Source of the DNA: Nitrosopumilus sp.
Lineage (GTDB): Archaea; Thermoproteota; Nitrososphaeria; Nitrososphaerales; Nitrosopumilaceae
Assembly: GCA_965214775.1 (NCBI GenBank)
Contig: OZ243974.1
Location: 2,560,001 to 2,624,000 of the forward strand
Reading direction: 5' to 3'
DNA: 64,000 bases
In this document: one piece after another, positions 30,430 to 41,212 of the stretch
How the letters are laid out: the number at the start of each line of letters is the position of its first letter
How positions within the stretch are numbered: position 1 is the stretch's first letter
Position numbers and translations under genes: made by a program
The notes under the pieces: model-generated
What the model was told of the DNA's origin: nothing
Database searches by the model: none
Seen by the model: the letters and a program-made list of their open reading frames with translations, nothing else

Positions 30430-32283
30430 TCAGTTAAGCTTGGTCACATCACGGGAAAAGAAAAGATCCACAAGCCAGTCAAGCCCCACCCTAACCCTCT
30501 TCTCCAACACCGGAAGGGTGGACAGATAGTACTGCTTCCATACAAACCAGGCGGCAAACCCAGTTAGGTTGACTCCGAACATCCTTGCGACGCCGTCCCG
30601 CCTGCCGATCTTTGCCATGGATCCCTTCGACGAGTAAAGAAACCTGGACAGCTGTCCTCCACCACGTACAGAACAGATCAGGTTCTGCGCCACAACCCCT
30701 GCCTCCCTGATTGCATGCTGGGCAGTCGGGGGATATGGGTTGTTTTGAGGATCCAGGATGTGGGCGCAGTCGCCTAGCGCAAACACATCAGGATGGTTGG
30801 GAACCCTTAGAAACTCATCTACCATGATCCTGCCAGTCCTATCGTGCTCTATTCCCATGGACTTTACGAAATCCTGCGGTTCGTTTCCGCCGGCCCAGAC
30901 CAGCACCGAATAACGCAGCCCGGAGCCATCGCTCAGCGATATCTCGGAGCTACTAGCATCGGTAACCTTGGTGTTGTAGACTATTTTCACGCCCGCCCTT
31001 CCCAGGGATCTGGCAGCATACTCTCCCAGGGCTCCGATTTCAGGCAGGATGTGATCCCTTGCCGAGATTAGCGTCACCTGGATGGAGCCGGAATCTATGT
31101 TCCTGTAGTATCTTTGTGACGATTCCCTGATGAACTCGTTGATCTCACCTGCAGTCTCAACCCCCGAAAAGCCGCCCCCTACTATGACAAACGACAGGAG
31201 GCCGGCCTGGCTCGAGACTTCCTGCTGGTCTGCCAACTCCAGCTGTGCAATTACCTGGTTCCGCAGGCGGTTGGCATCATCAAGTGTCTTTATCGTGACT
31301 GCATGCCTCCTTATCCCCTCGTTTCCAAAGAATCCGGTCTTTGTTCCGGCTGCAATCACGAGATAGTCGTATTCCAGCTGGCTGTCCCCGTTTGAATTCC
31401 TGATGGCCGCCAGCCGCCTCTTAAAGTCAACGCCAGTAACCTGAGCCTGGTAGAACCTGGCCCTCTTGCAAAAGTTCCTGATCGGCGTGGCAATGTGCCG
31501 CGGCTCTATCGTCCCAGTTGAGAGCTCTGGCAGCATTGGCGTGTGGAGGAAAAAGTTGTTCTCTGAAACAATGGAAATACTGACGTCGACGTCTTTTTCA
31601 AACCTCTTCTGTATTTTCTCTAACACGCCGACGCCTGCATAGCCGCCACCCAGAATTACGATCTTTTTGGTGTCAGGATGTGCAGACACGTGGATGTACC
31701 GGTGGTGCTCATTAAAGGTGGAAATCTTTGAGAACTCTACGTCACACGTGTGACACCTGTAGTTCATCCCCTTTTTGACGGTCATGACAGAGGATGACGC
31801 CCCGAGCGTGATGCCCCACAGAGCATGGCTGAAAAACGCCCCGAGTAGATACTCTATTGAGAACACCGCCCCTGCAGCAGGGGTATCGCTTATCTCTGCC
31901 ACTATGGGCCAAATCAAAAAATACTGTACGGGAAACGCAAAGACGACGGTCACGACAATGCCTGCTATGACGCCAAACGCTATACCGCTTGATATCTTTG
32001 AGATGTTGAGCATGTTTGTCTTGTATAGAATGATGCCGACGACTATACCGATTACCGTGGCAACTGCAAAGTGCAACAGTGCACCCACTGTCGGCTCTGA
32101 GGATCCCAGGATTTTTGCCGCAGCCGCCCAAAACAGGCCAAACTCGGAGCCGGACGCATCTGAAAAAAACGCGGGCAGAACCATCACAACTGCGCCCAGA
32201 ACCGAGCCAATTGTGATAAAGAACACCTCCCTTTTTATCGAAAAATCAACGATAAGCGACTTCATCCCCATCCGCCTGAACAT
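30430..32283 (-). CDS. membrane domain + C2H2 finger + type II NADH dehydrogenase-like flavoprotein
   Basis: TM helices, CHTC...HHRYIH, GGGYAG, GGGFSGVE, FALGD, PPTAQHA. Confidence 0.85.
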   Translation of the reverse strand: MFRRMGMKSLIVDFSIKREVFFITIGSVLGAVVMVLPAFFSDASGSEFGLFWAAAAKILGSSEPTVGALLHFAVATVIGIVVGIILYKTNMLNISKISSGIAFGVIAGIVVTVVFAFPVQYFLIWPIVAEISDTPAAGAVFSIEYLLGAFFSHALWGITLGASSSVMTVKKGMNYRCHTCDVEFSKISTFNEHHRYIHVSAHPDTKKIVILGGGYAGVGVLEKIQKRFEKDVDVSISIVSENNFFLHTPMLPELSTGTIEPRHIATPIRNFCKRARFYQAQVTGVDFKRRLAAIRNSNGDSQLEYDYLVIAAGTKTGFFGNEGIRRHAVTIKTLDDANRLRNQVIAQLELADQQEVSSQAGLLSFVIVGGGFSGVETAGEINEFIRESSQRYYRNIDSGSIQVTLISARDHILPEIGALGEYAARSLGRAGVKIVYNTKVTDASSSEISLSDGSGLRYSVLVWAGGNEPQDFVKSMGIEHDRTGRIMVDEFLRVPNHPDVFALGDCAHILDPQNNPYPPTAQHAIREAGVVAQNLICSVRGGGQLSRFLYSSKGSMAKIGRRDGVARMFGVNLTGFAAWFVWKQYYLSTLPVLEKRVRVGLDWLVDLFFSRDVTKLN

Positions 32284-32698
32284 GTTTTTGATGGCCGAAT
32301 ATAATAACAGTTTTACCAAATTCAAGGTAAAAGTTTGCCCCTTTACCTTCGTATCATTTAGGTTGAACACGAGGGCAATTTTTGATCATCACTTGGATCC
32401 ATATGTGACCAGACCATATCTGTATTCATTGCCTGATTCAGAGACCAAGATACTGCACAACGAGTTGGCCTGCACCATATCCGAATCAGGCAGGAAGGAT
32501 AGAGTCATCTCAGACAGGGATCGGGCAATAGTCGGGCTTACCGAGCAGCTGACCGAGGCATCGGTGACAATCCTGATGCAGGCGACACAGATCATCTGGT
32601 TCAAGCAAAAGGGATCCACCTCAAGGGGGCCAGAGAGGTGATCCAAAATTAGAGACCGTACGAATTTTTTCAAGTAATTTCACAGATAACTTGTATTT

Positions 32699-34208
32699 CA
32701 GTAGTTCCCAGATGTACTTTTGAAGGCACGATAATTACGTAATTTGCCGAGATTTTTTGACCATTACGATCTTAGATCAGAAGGTGTGTCAAACATCATC
32801 ATGATGATACCAACACAAAACGATGTGTTTGCACACCAGTATGACATAGCATCACGACAGTTTAAAACATTGCGACGGCGGTTCCACAAGCTCGAAATGG
32901 CAGTCTCAAAGAGTCACAACGCGGTGTACGGCCATGCCGACGTACTGCGCGTGCTAAGCCTCATGTCTGATAGGAAGATGTTTTTCAGGTCTGCCGTGAC
33001 GCATCTTCGCAGGAAGGCCTCAAAATACCGCAGGCAGCAGCAGCATGACGGCGGGACTGCTACTACTACTACTACTGCTGCTGCTACCTTCTCCAAGAAG
33101 GGCGGCGCATACAGCTCCCGTACGCCCCACCCGGAGTGGATCTTAAAGACCATCCGGAGCGTCAGCCCGGATCGGATGCAAAGGTGGTGCAACTCCATGC
33201 TACAGCACACGGTAAGAAACGGCCGCAGGTCCGGCATGTTACACAACACGGACGTAGTGGCAGTGGATGTCACCGACGTCGAATACTATGGCAAGGGCCT
33301 AAAGGACGTCGCCAGAAAGTCAAAGCCCAAGAACGGCACGTCTACTTTTCTCTCGCACATTACCGTGCACGGAGTAGGATCAGATGACGGCTCAGACCTC
33401 GTGCTTTCCTCGCTGCAGCTTCCAAAAGATGCAAAACTGGCCGATTTCGTGCCTAAAATGATCCGCAAAGCGTCCAGATCAGGGACGAAGATCAGGATGT
33501 TCCTGTATGACCGGGGATTCTTTAATGTCAACTGCATGGTGGCTGCAGGCAAAAGCCAGGGCTTCTACGTCATGCCTGCCGCCAAGAACAAGAGGATAAA
33601 GGCGGCAATAGAGGAGCACCACCATAAAAAGCGCGACGCGATATCTGACTATACCATGACTAACAAGGAGGGCAAAAACGTCACGTTCAGGCTGGTCATT
33701 GTAAAAAAGGAGGAGGAAGACGAAAATGAAAATGAAAATGAAAACAATGACACAGCAAAAGAGGAATGCACAGAAAAAAAGAAGGAAAAGAAAAAAGAAA
33801 CGGCAGACGAATACCTGGTCTTTGCCACCAACATGCCTGCCAAAAGCGTAGAGGACGTCATAGCTCAGATACCAGAAGAGTACCGCATGCGGTGGGGAAT
33901 CGAGACCGGGTTCAGGGTGATCAAGGGAGTAATGGGCAAGACATGCAGTAATTCGCCGGTCGTCAGGATGTTGTTATTCTACATGCCCCTCATACTGTAC
34001 AATCTCTGGAGGACTGCCATATTCATTGATGTGGAATCCAAGTGGGACGGATTTGCGGGAGGCAAGGATTTTACCATGATGTTGTTTGCCGCGTGCATTA
34101 CAGATGCAGCTGACTCGTTTGTAAACGATCGCGGAAAGTAGTAGTAGTAGCGGCGGCAGTGGTGCCGTGTCAGGAGGCAGTCTGCAAAAGTACACCTAGG
34201 AACTACTG
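32699..34208 (+). mobile_element. ISH3-family (IS4-like) element
   Basis: TIR CAGTAGTTCC/GGAACTACTG, ATTT duplicated at both sides; inserted in a family-D end sequence (compare 27450-27567). Confidence 0.85.
32801..34141 (+). CDS. ISH3/IS4-family transposase
   Basis: VAVDVT, LYDRGFF, FATN, YRMRWGIETGFRVIK (YREK motif). Confidence 0.88.
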   Translation: MMIPTQNDVFAHQYDIASRQFKTLRRRFHKLEMAVSKSHNAVYGHADVLRVLSLMSDRKMFFRSAVTHLRRKASKYRRQQQHDGGTATTTTTAAATFSKKGGAYSSRTPHPEWILKTIRSVSPDRMQRWCNSMLQHTVRNGRRSGMLHNTDVVAVDVTDVEYYGKGLKDVARKSKPKNGTSTFLSHITVHGVGSDDGSDLVLSSLQLPKDAKLADFVPKMIRKASRSGTKIRMFLYDRGFFNVNCMVAAGKSQGFYVMPAAKNKRIKAAIEEHHHKKRDAISDYTMTNKEGKNVTFRLVIVKKEEEDENENENENNDTAKEECTEKKKEKKKETADEYLVFATNMPAKSVEDVIAQIPEEYRMRWGIETGFRVIKGVMGKTCSNSPVVRMLLFYMPLILYNLWRTAIFIDVESKWDGFAGGKDFTMMLFAACITDAADSFVNDRGK

Positions 34209-34256
34209 ATTTTGTTGGTATTTTGAGCCGTTCTATGCAAATTCGTTCACAGATAA

Positions 34257-34657
34257 TCAGGGTTTGCTAATTGCGAATCCACTCTGTCCAATGCCGAATA
34301 TGGCAGATGCCACGTCCTGCGTGATGTACGTCCTATAATAGAACAAAGACAATAGAAGACTCTCCTTTAGGTTCAGGACAGTCGGATGTCCTGCAGCACC
34401 GACGATGTCACGCTTGCGGTCTTTTTTGGCAGAAAGCCTCTTTCTGTCCATCTTTGGGTGTTTTTTTGCCACTTGCATACAACAAATCAAATTCGTGGGC
34501 AGTCATGCCGGCAAACATCTTCTTGAATGTCCGTGGGTTTTTTTGACAATTTATCAAACAACTTCATGAATTGTACATTTTACTGGCATTTGGATCGGGT
34601 TGGTGTACATTATGTGTCTGTTTGATCAAAATTTGCTAATTTTGAACCAACTCTCAG
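34257..34657 (-). mobile_element. IS5/ISL2-like transposase 5' remnant with family-D end
   Basis: LLLSLFYYRTYITQDVASAIFGIGQS (HTH_Tnp_4-like); end CTGAGAGTTG.TTC.AAATTAGCAAA also near 3020, 3890, 5397, 36174, 53529. Confidence 0.7.
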
Positions 34658-34922
34658 TCTGCAAGGCCATAGCAGCGATGCCGGATCATGGCCACCGCCT
34701 TTTTCATGAATTTCCGTATAGGGACTGCTGATATCCTAAAAACAAAAGTACCTGCCATCGACACTTTACAGCCAGCATCCATTTCCGCGGTCTCAAGCGC
34801 ATGCAGACAGGCAGTGACAGGATCCGACCCAGTGTGGACTCTTGCCTTTTGGATCCACGAACGGGCCCGGCCGTCTTTGTGAGAGGCAGGATTGGGGACA
34901 TCATAAAACTAGAAAAAACCGG

Positions 34923-35345
34923 TCACGCGCTTCCAGTCATCTTGTGACTTCCGCACGAACCGCCTTCTTTGACAATCGGTTCGATCAGCTGTTCGCCGGT
35001 ACCTGCATCAAGAACATGAATTGTCTTTGCGTTGGATTCAGCATAGTCAACCAGCTTCCATACGAGGAAATGCTGGCCAGAGTCGTTTACGGCCTTTGTG
35101 AGCCTAGCCTTGTCAACGTCATATCCCTGCAGTGCCTGCTCCTCTGAAATTGCAAGATCCCGGACATCGTCAATGTCGGCATCCGGCGAAACCTCTATCG
35201 TTCCCTCTGCCTCGCCTATCGGGACAGCCCAGCTTCGTTTGTAGGACTTGTTCTCCGAGTCGGCCAGCGCAGGGGACATAGAACCGAGCACCAAAACTGC
35301 CGTCAGAAGAGACAGCAGGAATACAGGAGCGAGTACCTTTTCCAT
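34923..35345 (-). CDS. secreted protein, possibly PepSY-like
   Basis: Signal peptide; ISEEQAL...LVWKL...IHVLDAGTGE. Confidence 0.7.
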   Translation of the reverse strand: MEKVLAPVFLLSLLTAVLVLGSMSPALADSENKSYKRSWAVPIGEAEGTIEVSPDADIDDVRDLAISEEQALQGYDVDKARLTKAVNDSGQHFLVWKLVDYAESNAKTIHVLDAGTGEQLIEPIVKEGGSCGSHKMTGSA

Positions 35346-35387
35346 GCAAGTGATTGTTCAAGACTGTATATAAAGAGTATGGACGGT

Positions 35388-35939
35388 TTACAAAGTTTCA
35401 CAATGTACCGGCACTAGTTTATGTTTTGATTTATCAAACAAAATCATCATTTGGACTATTTTGTTTCCTATCCCACTATGTGAGACATTTAACAGATAGA
35501 GATCATCCATGCATTCATCACAAACTCTGTTGGGATATTTTCTCCAAGGCTGTTTGTAGTATACCATGTTATGCAAAGCACTATCAACTTGCCACCGGTA
35601 TCCTGCATCTAGTTTACGATAAGATGTAACCCATTCTTTTTCTTGCTCCTCGTTGATAAAACTAATTTTTCAGTATTCTTTAGAAGGATTTTGCATGTAA
35701 TACTTTCATGTACTTGCTATATGAAGGGTATACTCGTTGTTTTTTTGACTCTAGATGCCTTTGAATTCTTTTTGCAATTTTGGTAACTGATCGGGCTCTG
35801 GAAGCTGTTTCTGATTTTAGGCACAAATTCTGTTTGAACAGTCCTTTTTGGTGACAAAATTCATGCATGAACTTCCAGAGCCCGACCTGTTACCAATTTT
35901 GGTATGCTTTTTACTCCAATCGGGAACGCGTTGTTGCAT
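35388..35939 (-). pseudogene. hypothetical gene broken by MITE E and a frameshift
   Basis: MQQRVPDWSKKHTKI|AKRIQRHLE joins across the MITE; another frame continues to ...LVPVHCETL. Confidence 0.5.
35783..35893. mobile_element. MITE family E (IS66-type ends), 8-bp TSD CAATTTTG
   Basis: GTAACTGATCGGGCTCTGGAAG...CTTCCAGAGCCCGACCTGTTAC; TSD 35775-35782 and 35894-35901. Confidence 0.9.
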
Positions 35940-36335
35940 ATTGTTAAAAAGCATAACAGGTTTAAAATCTTCTACGTTCAAATAGTCTGTTTGTACAACT
36001 CGATTTTTTTTTTACTTGAATTTGCCCTAAATGATAAATCCGGATAAAAACCACCGTTGATTTCGGATCCATTCGTGATCGAAATCAGGAATTTTTTGAC
36101 GAAAAAGGAAGTCATGCCACAGACTACGATGGCTTGCATGCAAGGCAGTGCCGGGTCGCAAGAGTTCATCCATCTGAGAGTTGATTCGAAATTAGCAAAT
36201 TCGGATCATACATAAACAAACTTACATTAAATCGATTAAAATGCCTGCAAATGACAAGTCATCTGTCAAATTACTTGATAAATATACAGAAAAATCAGGG
36301 CATTTGCGCGGTTTCTAATTTCAAATCATCTCTCT

Positions 36336-36407
36336 GTCACCACCATTGCCACCGTCACCACCATTGCCACCGTCACCACCATTGCCACCGTCACCACCAT
36401 TGCCACC
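36336..36407. repeat. 18-bp tandem repeat GTCACCACCATTGCCACC x4
   Basis: Directly visible, no spacers. Confidence 0.95.
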
Positions 36408-36639
36408 GTCACTACTACCAGAATGACTGTTTGTCAGAGATCTTTTGCTAAACCCGAGTCATTGAGGCTGTAAACGAAACCAATGTAATTACTTTTTAAA
36501 AAAAAGTTGTTTGAGATGAGATTGGAGATTGGGCGTCTTTCAACAATGACTGGCACTGCTGCCTCCAAGATTCAACAAGGGTTTTCTGCCCGGTTTTTCA
36601 TTGCTGAATCTATAAATAGAATTCAAAGGTGGACAATCT

Positions 36640-36786
36640 GTGCCAGTAGATCCCGTGTGCGGAATTGAGCTTGATGAGGATCTAGCTTTGCCATACAAAC
36701 ATGACGGAAAGGAATTCTATTTTTGTTGCAACGGATGCAGGCGAATCTTCATCAAAAAGCCCAGAAAATACAAAAACAATTCCTAG
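36640..36786 (+). CDS. YHS/TRASH-domain protein (48 aa, absent from ORF track)
   Basis: PVDPVCGIEL...HDGKEFYFCCNGCRRIFIKKPRKY. Confidence 0.85.
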   Translation: MPVDPVCGIELDEDLALPYKHDGKEFYFCCNGCRRIFIKKPRKYKNNS

Positions 36787-37730
36787 ATGGGAAAGGCCCC
36801 GCACATTCCGCAGAATCTAGAGTCCTTAACCTCGTGCCTGCAGTATGGGCACGCGCGTTCTGGATCTTTTGATGCAGGCGAACCGAACATTTTCTTAAAA
36901 ACTTCATAGTAATGCATCGATTCCCTGGTTCTAATTGTCACGTTCTCTTTGACTTTAACCGTTAGTTTTTTTTCAACAAATTTCTCTTCATCAACGACTG
37001 ATTCAAAGAGATTTGTAAGCCCTGCAGTGCCAGAGCCGTCCTGCATGGGCGACTTTGCCCTCCATGCAATTTGCTTGGGAATGTGTCCTTCAAACGTCTT
37101 TCTCAGAATCCACTTTCCGTATCTCTTGCCATTTTCATTTTTGACTTTGAGGTTTGCAGGAACGTTTTTTGCAAACTCGACGACCCTTTCGTCGAGAAAC
37201 GGCGATTCTATCCTTATGCCTAGTGCCCTGCCTATCTCTTGGGTTGGAAAATGCATTACAGAACACACCCTTTTGATTTCTGGCTCTAACTCGCTTTCTG
37301 GCTTGTTGGCCAGAAAATCATATCCTGCAAACAGCTCATCGGCACCGTCTCCTGTGATAACGGAGTCAAACCCATTATCCCTTGCAGATCTTACTGCCAG
37401 ATACATCACCACGCTGTTTCTAATTTCAATGTCGTTAAAGTTTTTTAGAATCTTGATGGTGTTTTTAACTGCATCAAGTATTTCTGCAGTGCTCACACTG
37501 AAAATAGACAGCTGCAGTCCCAGTTTCTTTGAGATCATCTGTGAATATGTCAAATCACTAGATACAAAATCCTCCGTAATTATTGCAATTGCCTTTGGAT
37601 TTTTGTCCCTGAGAAGAAATGCCAGAACAGAGCTGTCCAATCCACCTGACAATGAAAGAAGATTCGAGGTGCATTGATTGCACGATTCCTCTAAGAGCGC
37701 ATATAGGTTCTTGGAGACATCATCCAACAT
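36783..37730 (-). CDS. asparagine synthase C-terminal domain protein
   Basis: LSGGLDSS, TGDGADELFAGY, SPFLD; C-terminal CPYC/CGMC. Confidence 0.85.
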   Translation of the reverse strand: MLDDVSKNLYALLEESCNQCTSNLLSLSGGLDSSVLAFLLRDKNPKAIAIITEDFVSSDLTYSQMISKKLGLQLSIFSVSTAEILDAVKNTIKILKNFNDIEIRNSVVMYLAVRSARDNGFDSVITGDGADELFAGYDFLANKPESELEPEIKRVCSVMHFPTQEIGRALGIRIESPFLDERVVEFAKNVPANLKVKNENGKRYGKWILRKTFEGHIPKQIAWRAKSPMQDGSGTAGLTNLFESVVDEEKFVEKKLTVKVKENVTIRTRESMHYYEVFKKMFGSPASKDPERACPYCRHEVKDSRFCGMCGAFPI

Positions 37731-37813
37731 TGTTAAGACGCTTTTGAAACTAAAATAGCTATGCCTAATTGATTTTTATAAACTTTAAATCCCTTATCAG
37801 TTTCTTTGGAGAT

Positions 37814-38230
37814 ATGTTGCTGCCAGCTGAGATTGAATCCAAAACACTGATCCCGGCATTGCGTGCAATTCTTGCAAAAAAACTGGCCGAGGATCACAAC
37901 ATCAGAGAGGATGAAATTTCAAAGATGCTCGGCGTAACTCAGGCTGCAGTAAGCAATTACATTCGCGGTACAAGGGGCGATCCTTCTTTGATTGCAAAAC
38001 TTTTAGCTGAAAAACAGGTATCAGAATTAATTGATGAGCTGAGCCATAACCTGTCTTCCAACATGGCGTACACCCCGTCCGGTCTTTCAAAATTCATTGG
38101 CCTGTGTAACTATATTAAATCCAGCCTTTTGATATGCGATATTCACCACAACCTGGAATCAGACATCGATGAGCAAGTCTGCAAGGAATGTGAAAACATG
38201 CTTCTAAAAGGCCCCGGAAGCGTTTACTAG
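37814..38230 (+). CDS. HTH transcriptional regulator with Cys/His metal-binding tail
   Basis: ISKMLGVTQAAVSNYIRGTRG; CDIH, CKEC. Confidence 0.82.
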   Translation: MLLPAEIESKTLIPALRAILAKKLAEDHNIREDEISKMLGVTQAAVSNYIRGTRGDPSLIAKLLAEKQVSELIDELSHNLSSNMAYTPSGLSKFIGLCNYIKSSLLICDIHHNLESDIDEQVCKECENMLLKGPGSVY

Positions 38231-38544
38231 GTTTTTGTCAGGACAATCTCGATTGTTGACAACATTCTGCCAATTCCCGGCTCTTGTGCCGTATCTAGCT
38301 TGATATCCTCAATCTTGGAATTGCCCTTTAGCATCTTTTCGGTGACAATGTTTGCAACAGCTACTGCATTTGGAATCGAATTTCCCCTGGCCCTTAAAAC
38401 CACCTGGCTTTTGCCACCCAGCATTGCAAGCGTATCTACGGCAGACTGCATTACGGGGCCACTGCCAATATTCACGGCATTGTTATCCACAGACTTTTTG
38501 GTCTGCTCTTGACCGCATCGCTTGCCTGTCTCGTTCATGAGCAT
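38227..38544 (-). CDS. Alba-family DNA/RNA-binding protein
   Basis: VVLRARGNSIPNAVAVA...STIEIVL. Confidence 0.85.
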   Translation of the reverse strand: MLMNETGKRCGQEQTKKSVDNNAVNIGSGPVMQSAVDTLAMLGGKSQVVLRARGNSIPNAVAVANIVTEKMLKGNSKIEDIKLDTAQEPGIGRMLSTIEIVLTKT

Positions 38545-38595
38545 TGTTCAACAATCAGCAATTTTTTGTTCTTTTAAGTTTTATCGACCATTGAT

Positions 38596-39084
38596 TCATT
38601 TTTGAAAATAATCGATAGGAATGTTCTGATAATCCCCGTTTGGAAGAACCCTTCTAATTGTGATGGGGATCACCCTTTGATCCAGCTCTTCCATCGAGAT
38701 ATCTAGCGAAATTCTGGCGGTTTTTGGAATCGGGATGAATGGCGGTGCACCCAATGACAGTTGCAGTGCCCTTGCACCCATTATTCTTGCCTTTTCAAAT
38801 CTTGTCAGGGTCGGAGGCCCGATTGTAATCTTGTTTTTCTCGCATAGTATTTCGACTGGGTCATGGTCCTCGACTCTTTCTACCACTTCACGTTCCTCAA
38901 TTTGTTTAAGCCTCTTTTCTAGATCTTCCTGCTCTTTTTCAGTAAGATCTTCTGCCCCGTCTTTCTTCTCGATTAATTTTCGATAGGTATCAAGTGCTTT
39001 GCTTAATCCGGCATTTTCTTCAGGTTCTTCAGAATTTTCAGATTCTGCAGGTTCGATCACTTCAGTCTCTTCGGAGGCAGACAA
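38596..39084 (-). CDS. rpoK: RNA polymerase subunit K (Rpo6)
   Basis: LTRFEKARIMGARALQLSLGAP...IPITIRR. Confidence 0.95.
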   Translation of the reverse strand: MSASEETEVIEPAESENSEEPEENAGLSKALDTYRKLIEKKDGAEDLTEKEQEDLEKRLKQIEEREVVERVEDHDPVEILCEKNKITIGPPTLTRFEKARIMGARALQLSLGAPPFIPIPKTARISLDISMEELDQRVIPITIRRVLPNGDYQNIPIDYFQK

Positions 39085-39541
39085 GTACGGGATTTTCCTT
39101 AAAACGTTATTTAATTGTACATTTTATTGTATTTTCATTTGATAAAATCATGAATTTTGTGCCTAAAAACTACCTTGGTTTTTGGACTGTGATCCTATAA
39201 TTGTTGAATTAGATTCATTTTCAACAAATCAGATCCCCCAAATATCTCTATTTTACTCGATCCTCGTCTAATTAATCTGAAAATTCATCAAGATTATGAT
39301 TGTCTAAATTATCTATGGAAAAACTTCATTTGATCCAAATATTGGCTTTGTCTGTTCTAATGTTTGCAATATAACATTTTTTTCTATTTTAGATAATTTC
39401 TTGGCAAGTAAAAAAAGATTGAGTTATTTTTATCCTACCATTCTGGTAATAATGCATGATTGATTCTGAAAACGGATTGACAAAAGAAAAGATTTTGCAT
39501 ATTTATCAGTACATCTTTGGTAAAAAAGTAGGCATTGTACG

Positions 39542-39671
39542 GGGGTTGTCGCCTAATTCCACCTGCCGGACTCAATCCGCACGTTTTTCTGAATCTCCGC
39601 CATTTTTGCACGCCTAGTCCGGATAACATCGTATGATTTTCAGAAATTCTGATGAATTAGGCGACAACCCC
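39542..39671. mobile_element. MITE family A, 8-bp TSD ATTGTACG
   Basis: GGGGTTGTCGCCTAATTC...GAATTAGGCGACAACCCC flanked by ATTGTACG. Confidence 0.9.
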
Positions 39672-39689
39672 ATTGTACGAGGAGAATTA

Positions 39690-39800
39690 GTAACAGGTCG
39701 GGCTCTGGAAGCTGTTCCTGATTTTAGGCACGAATCTACACGGGAGGCCTCCCCGAGATAACAAAACTCGCGCCTGAACTTCCAGAGCCCGACCTGTTAC
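39690..39800. mobile_element. MITE family E, 8-bp TSD GAGAATTA
   Basis: Perfect 22-bp TIR GTAACAGGTCGGGCTCTGGAAG; TSD 39682-39689 and 39801-39808. Confidence 0.92.
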
Positions 39801-40019
39801 GAGAATTATACGAATATTTTGTTTTACGCGCATTGTACGATCATGCACAAGACTCATCACTGACTAAAGAAGACATTAGAAAACATATTGAAGAAGATTA
39901 TAACTTAACTCATATTCCAGATATCCGTTTACAATCTGCCTATGCTAATTTACAAAAGAAAAAATTTGTAATTGGAACTGAAAAATTCTCTTTATCCTCT
40001 GACAAACTTATAGAAATTA

Positions 40020-41210
40020 TAGCAACGGTCACAAGTAATTGAGGGTTTTGACCGGCGATCTGTAAATGTACTTGTACATGCAAAGGTGGGCAAATGACAC
40101 CGTCCTGTAATACTCGGATGTGGTGTGCCGCAGCTCTCTGATCCTTCTGTACACTATCCTCATGAAAACAAAATGCTTTCCCAGGTTCCAGCATTCTTCC
40201 ACGACATTGAGGTACGGCGATCCCCTAGGGATCATTATCAGTCTGACGTCGGGGTGACCAGCCAGATATTTTGCGACATCAGTAGATCTGTGCACACTCC
40301 ACCTGTCGCAAAAGACGGCAACCTTGCCAAACTTGGCGCGCAACGCCTCCAGACATTCTATGAACTGCACCGACGTAAAGGATCCCGTAAACGTCCTGAA
40401 CAGCCTTCTGCCGTCTTCTGCGATGCTTCCAAACACGGCCACCTTTGTGTGGTCTCCAGAGTAGACTTTATGCGTAATCGACCTGAATGAGATGAATTTG
40501 TTCGTAATGGTCCTAGATCTGAATAGATTACGCATAAAGTCTAGTACAATGCCACGCTTCTGGTGCCGACCGTACCCCATACGTATCTGTCATATGCGCC
40601 CTGCACGAAGAATGACTCATCAGATGACACCAGCGTAAAACCGTCGTTTTTCAGGCACGGAATACGCACGTTTTCAAGGTATCGCTGCCACGAATATACC
40701 GAGCTTGGGGTGGCATGGTTGACATGTATGTTTTGCACCTTGCGGCGCGACAGGCCGTGCTGGTGCATCATTCTCCGGACATGTTCTATACTGTATTGTA
40801 TCCCGGTGGCATCCCTTATGTCATTGCGCATCGTCATGACATCGGTACTTTTGCATGCAGTGGACAGGTCCATTATGGCTGCAATACTTTTCCTGTCCAC
40901 CTTTGGTCTGCATCCGGAACGGGGAAGATCCCGGAGACCGTCCATGCCGTCCTCCGAAAACCTCGCCGGCCGGCTGTGCACGGAATTCTCACTGCACCGG
41001 ATCCTTCTTGCAGTCTCGGGCACGCCCATGTCGTCTTCTAGCATAAACATCAGCGCCATGATCTTCTTGTAGACTTTGGCATCCTTTTCTTTGCGCATGG
41101 CCTCTGACAGGCTTTTGTCTGTTTCTTTTGCCATGTCATTGCGCCGGTTAGGCGATCCATATACTTTTCGAATGATCCCGTTTTGGCTCAAAGACTTCTG
41201 ATCATTGCTA
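40020..41210 (-). mobile_element. IS630-family element (relative of MITE family B), transposase interrupted by MITE G
   Basis: TA-TAGCAA ends; SDESFF, CDRWSVH, YLNVVEECW; 41134-40542 plus 40461-40029 fuse to a 341-aa ORF. Confidence 0.9.
40464..40541. mobile_element. MITE family G (GACTTTATGCGTAATC ends, TA TSD)
   Basis: 16-bp TIR flanked by TA; related ends at 42161, 43269 and 53579. Confidence 0.88.
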
Positions 41211-41212
41211 TA

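Larger units (their letters stand above)
39456..40019 (+). pseudogene. AT-rich gene 5' end (wHTH-like) hit by two MITEs and truncated by IS630
   Basis: Removing MITEs 39542-39671 and 39690-39800 plus one TSD each gives MIDSENGLTKEKILHIYQYIFGKKVGIVRGELYEYFVLRALYDHAQD...KLIEI. Confidence 0.85.

Noticed and set aside
31775-32641. 288-aa plus-strand ORF
   Set aside because: Mostly antisense shadow of the NDH-2 fusion gene
36336-36407. Possible CRISPR array or His/Cys metal-binding peptide (HHHCHR)x4
   Set aside because: Head-to-tail repeats with no spacers and no cas genes; the surrounding ORF looks spurious
40029-41191. Programmed frameshift between two IS630 ORFs
   Set aside because: The split is fully explained by a 78-bp MITE with a TA duplication
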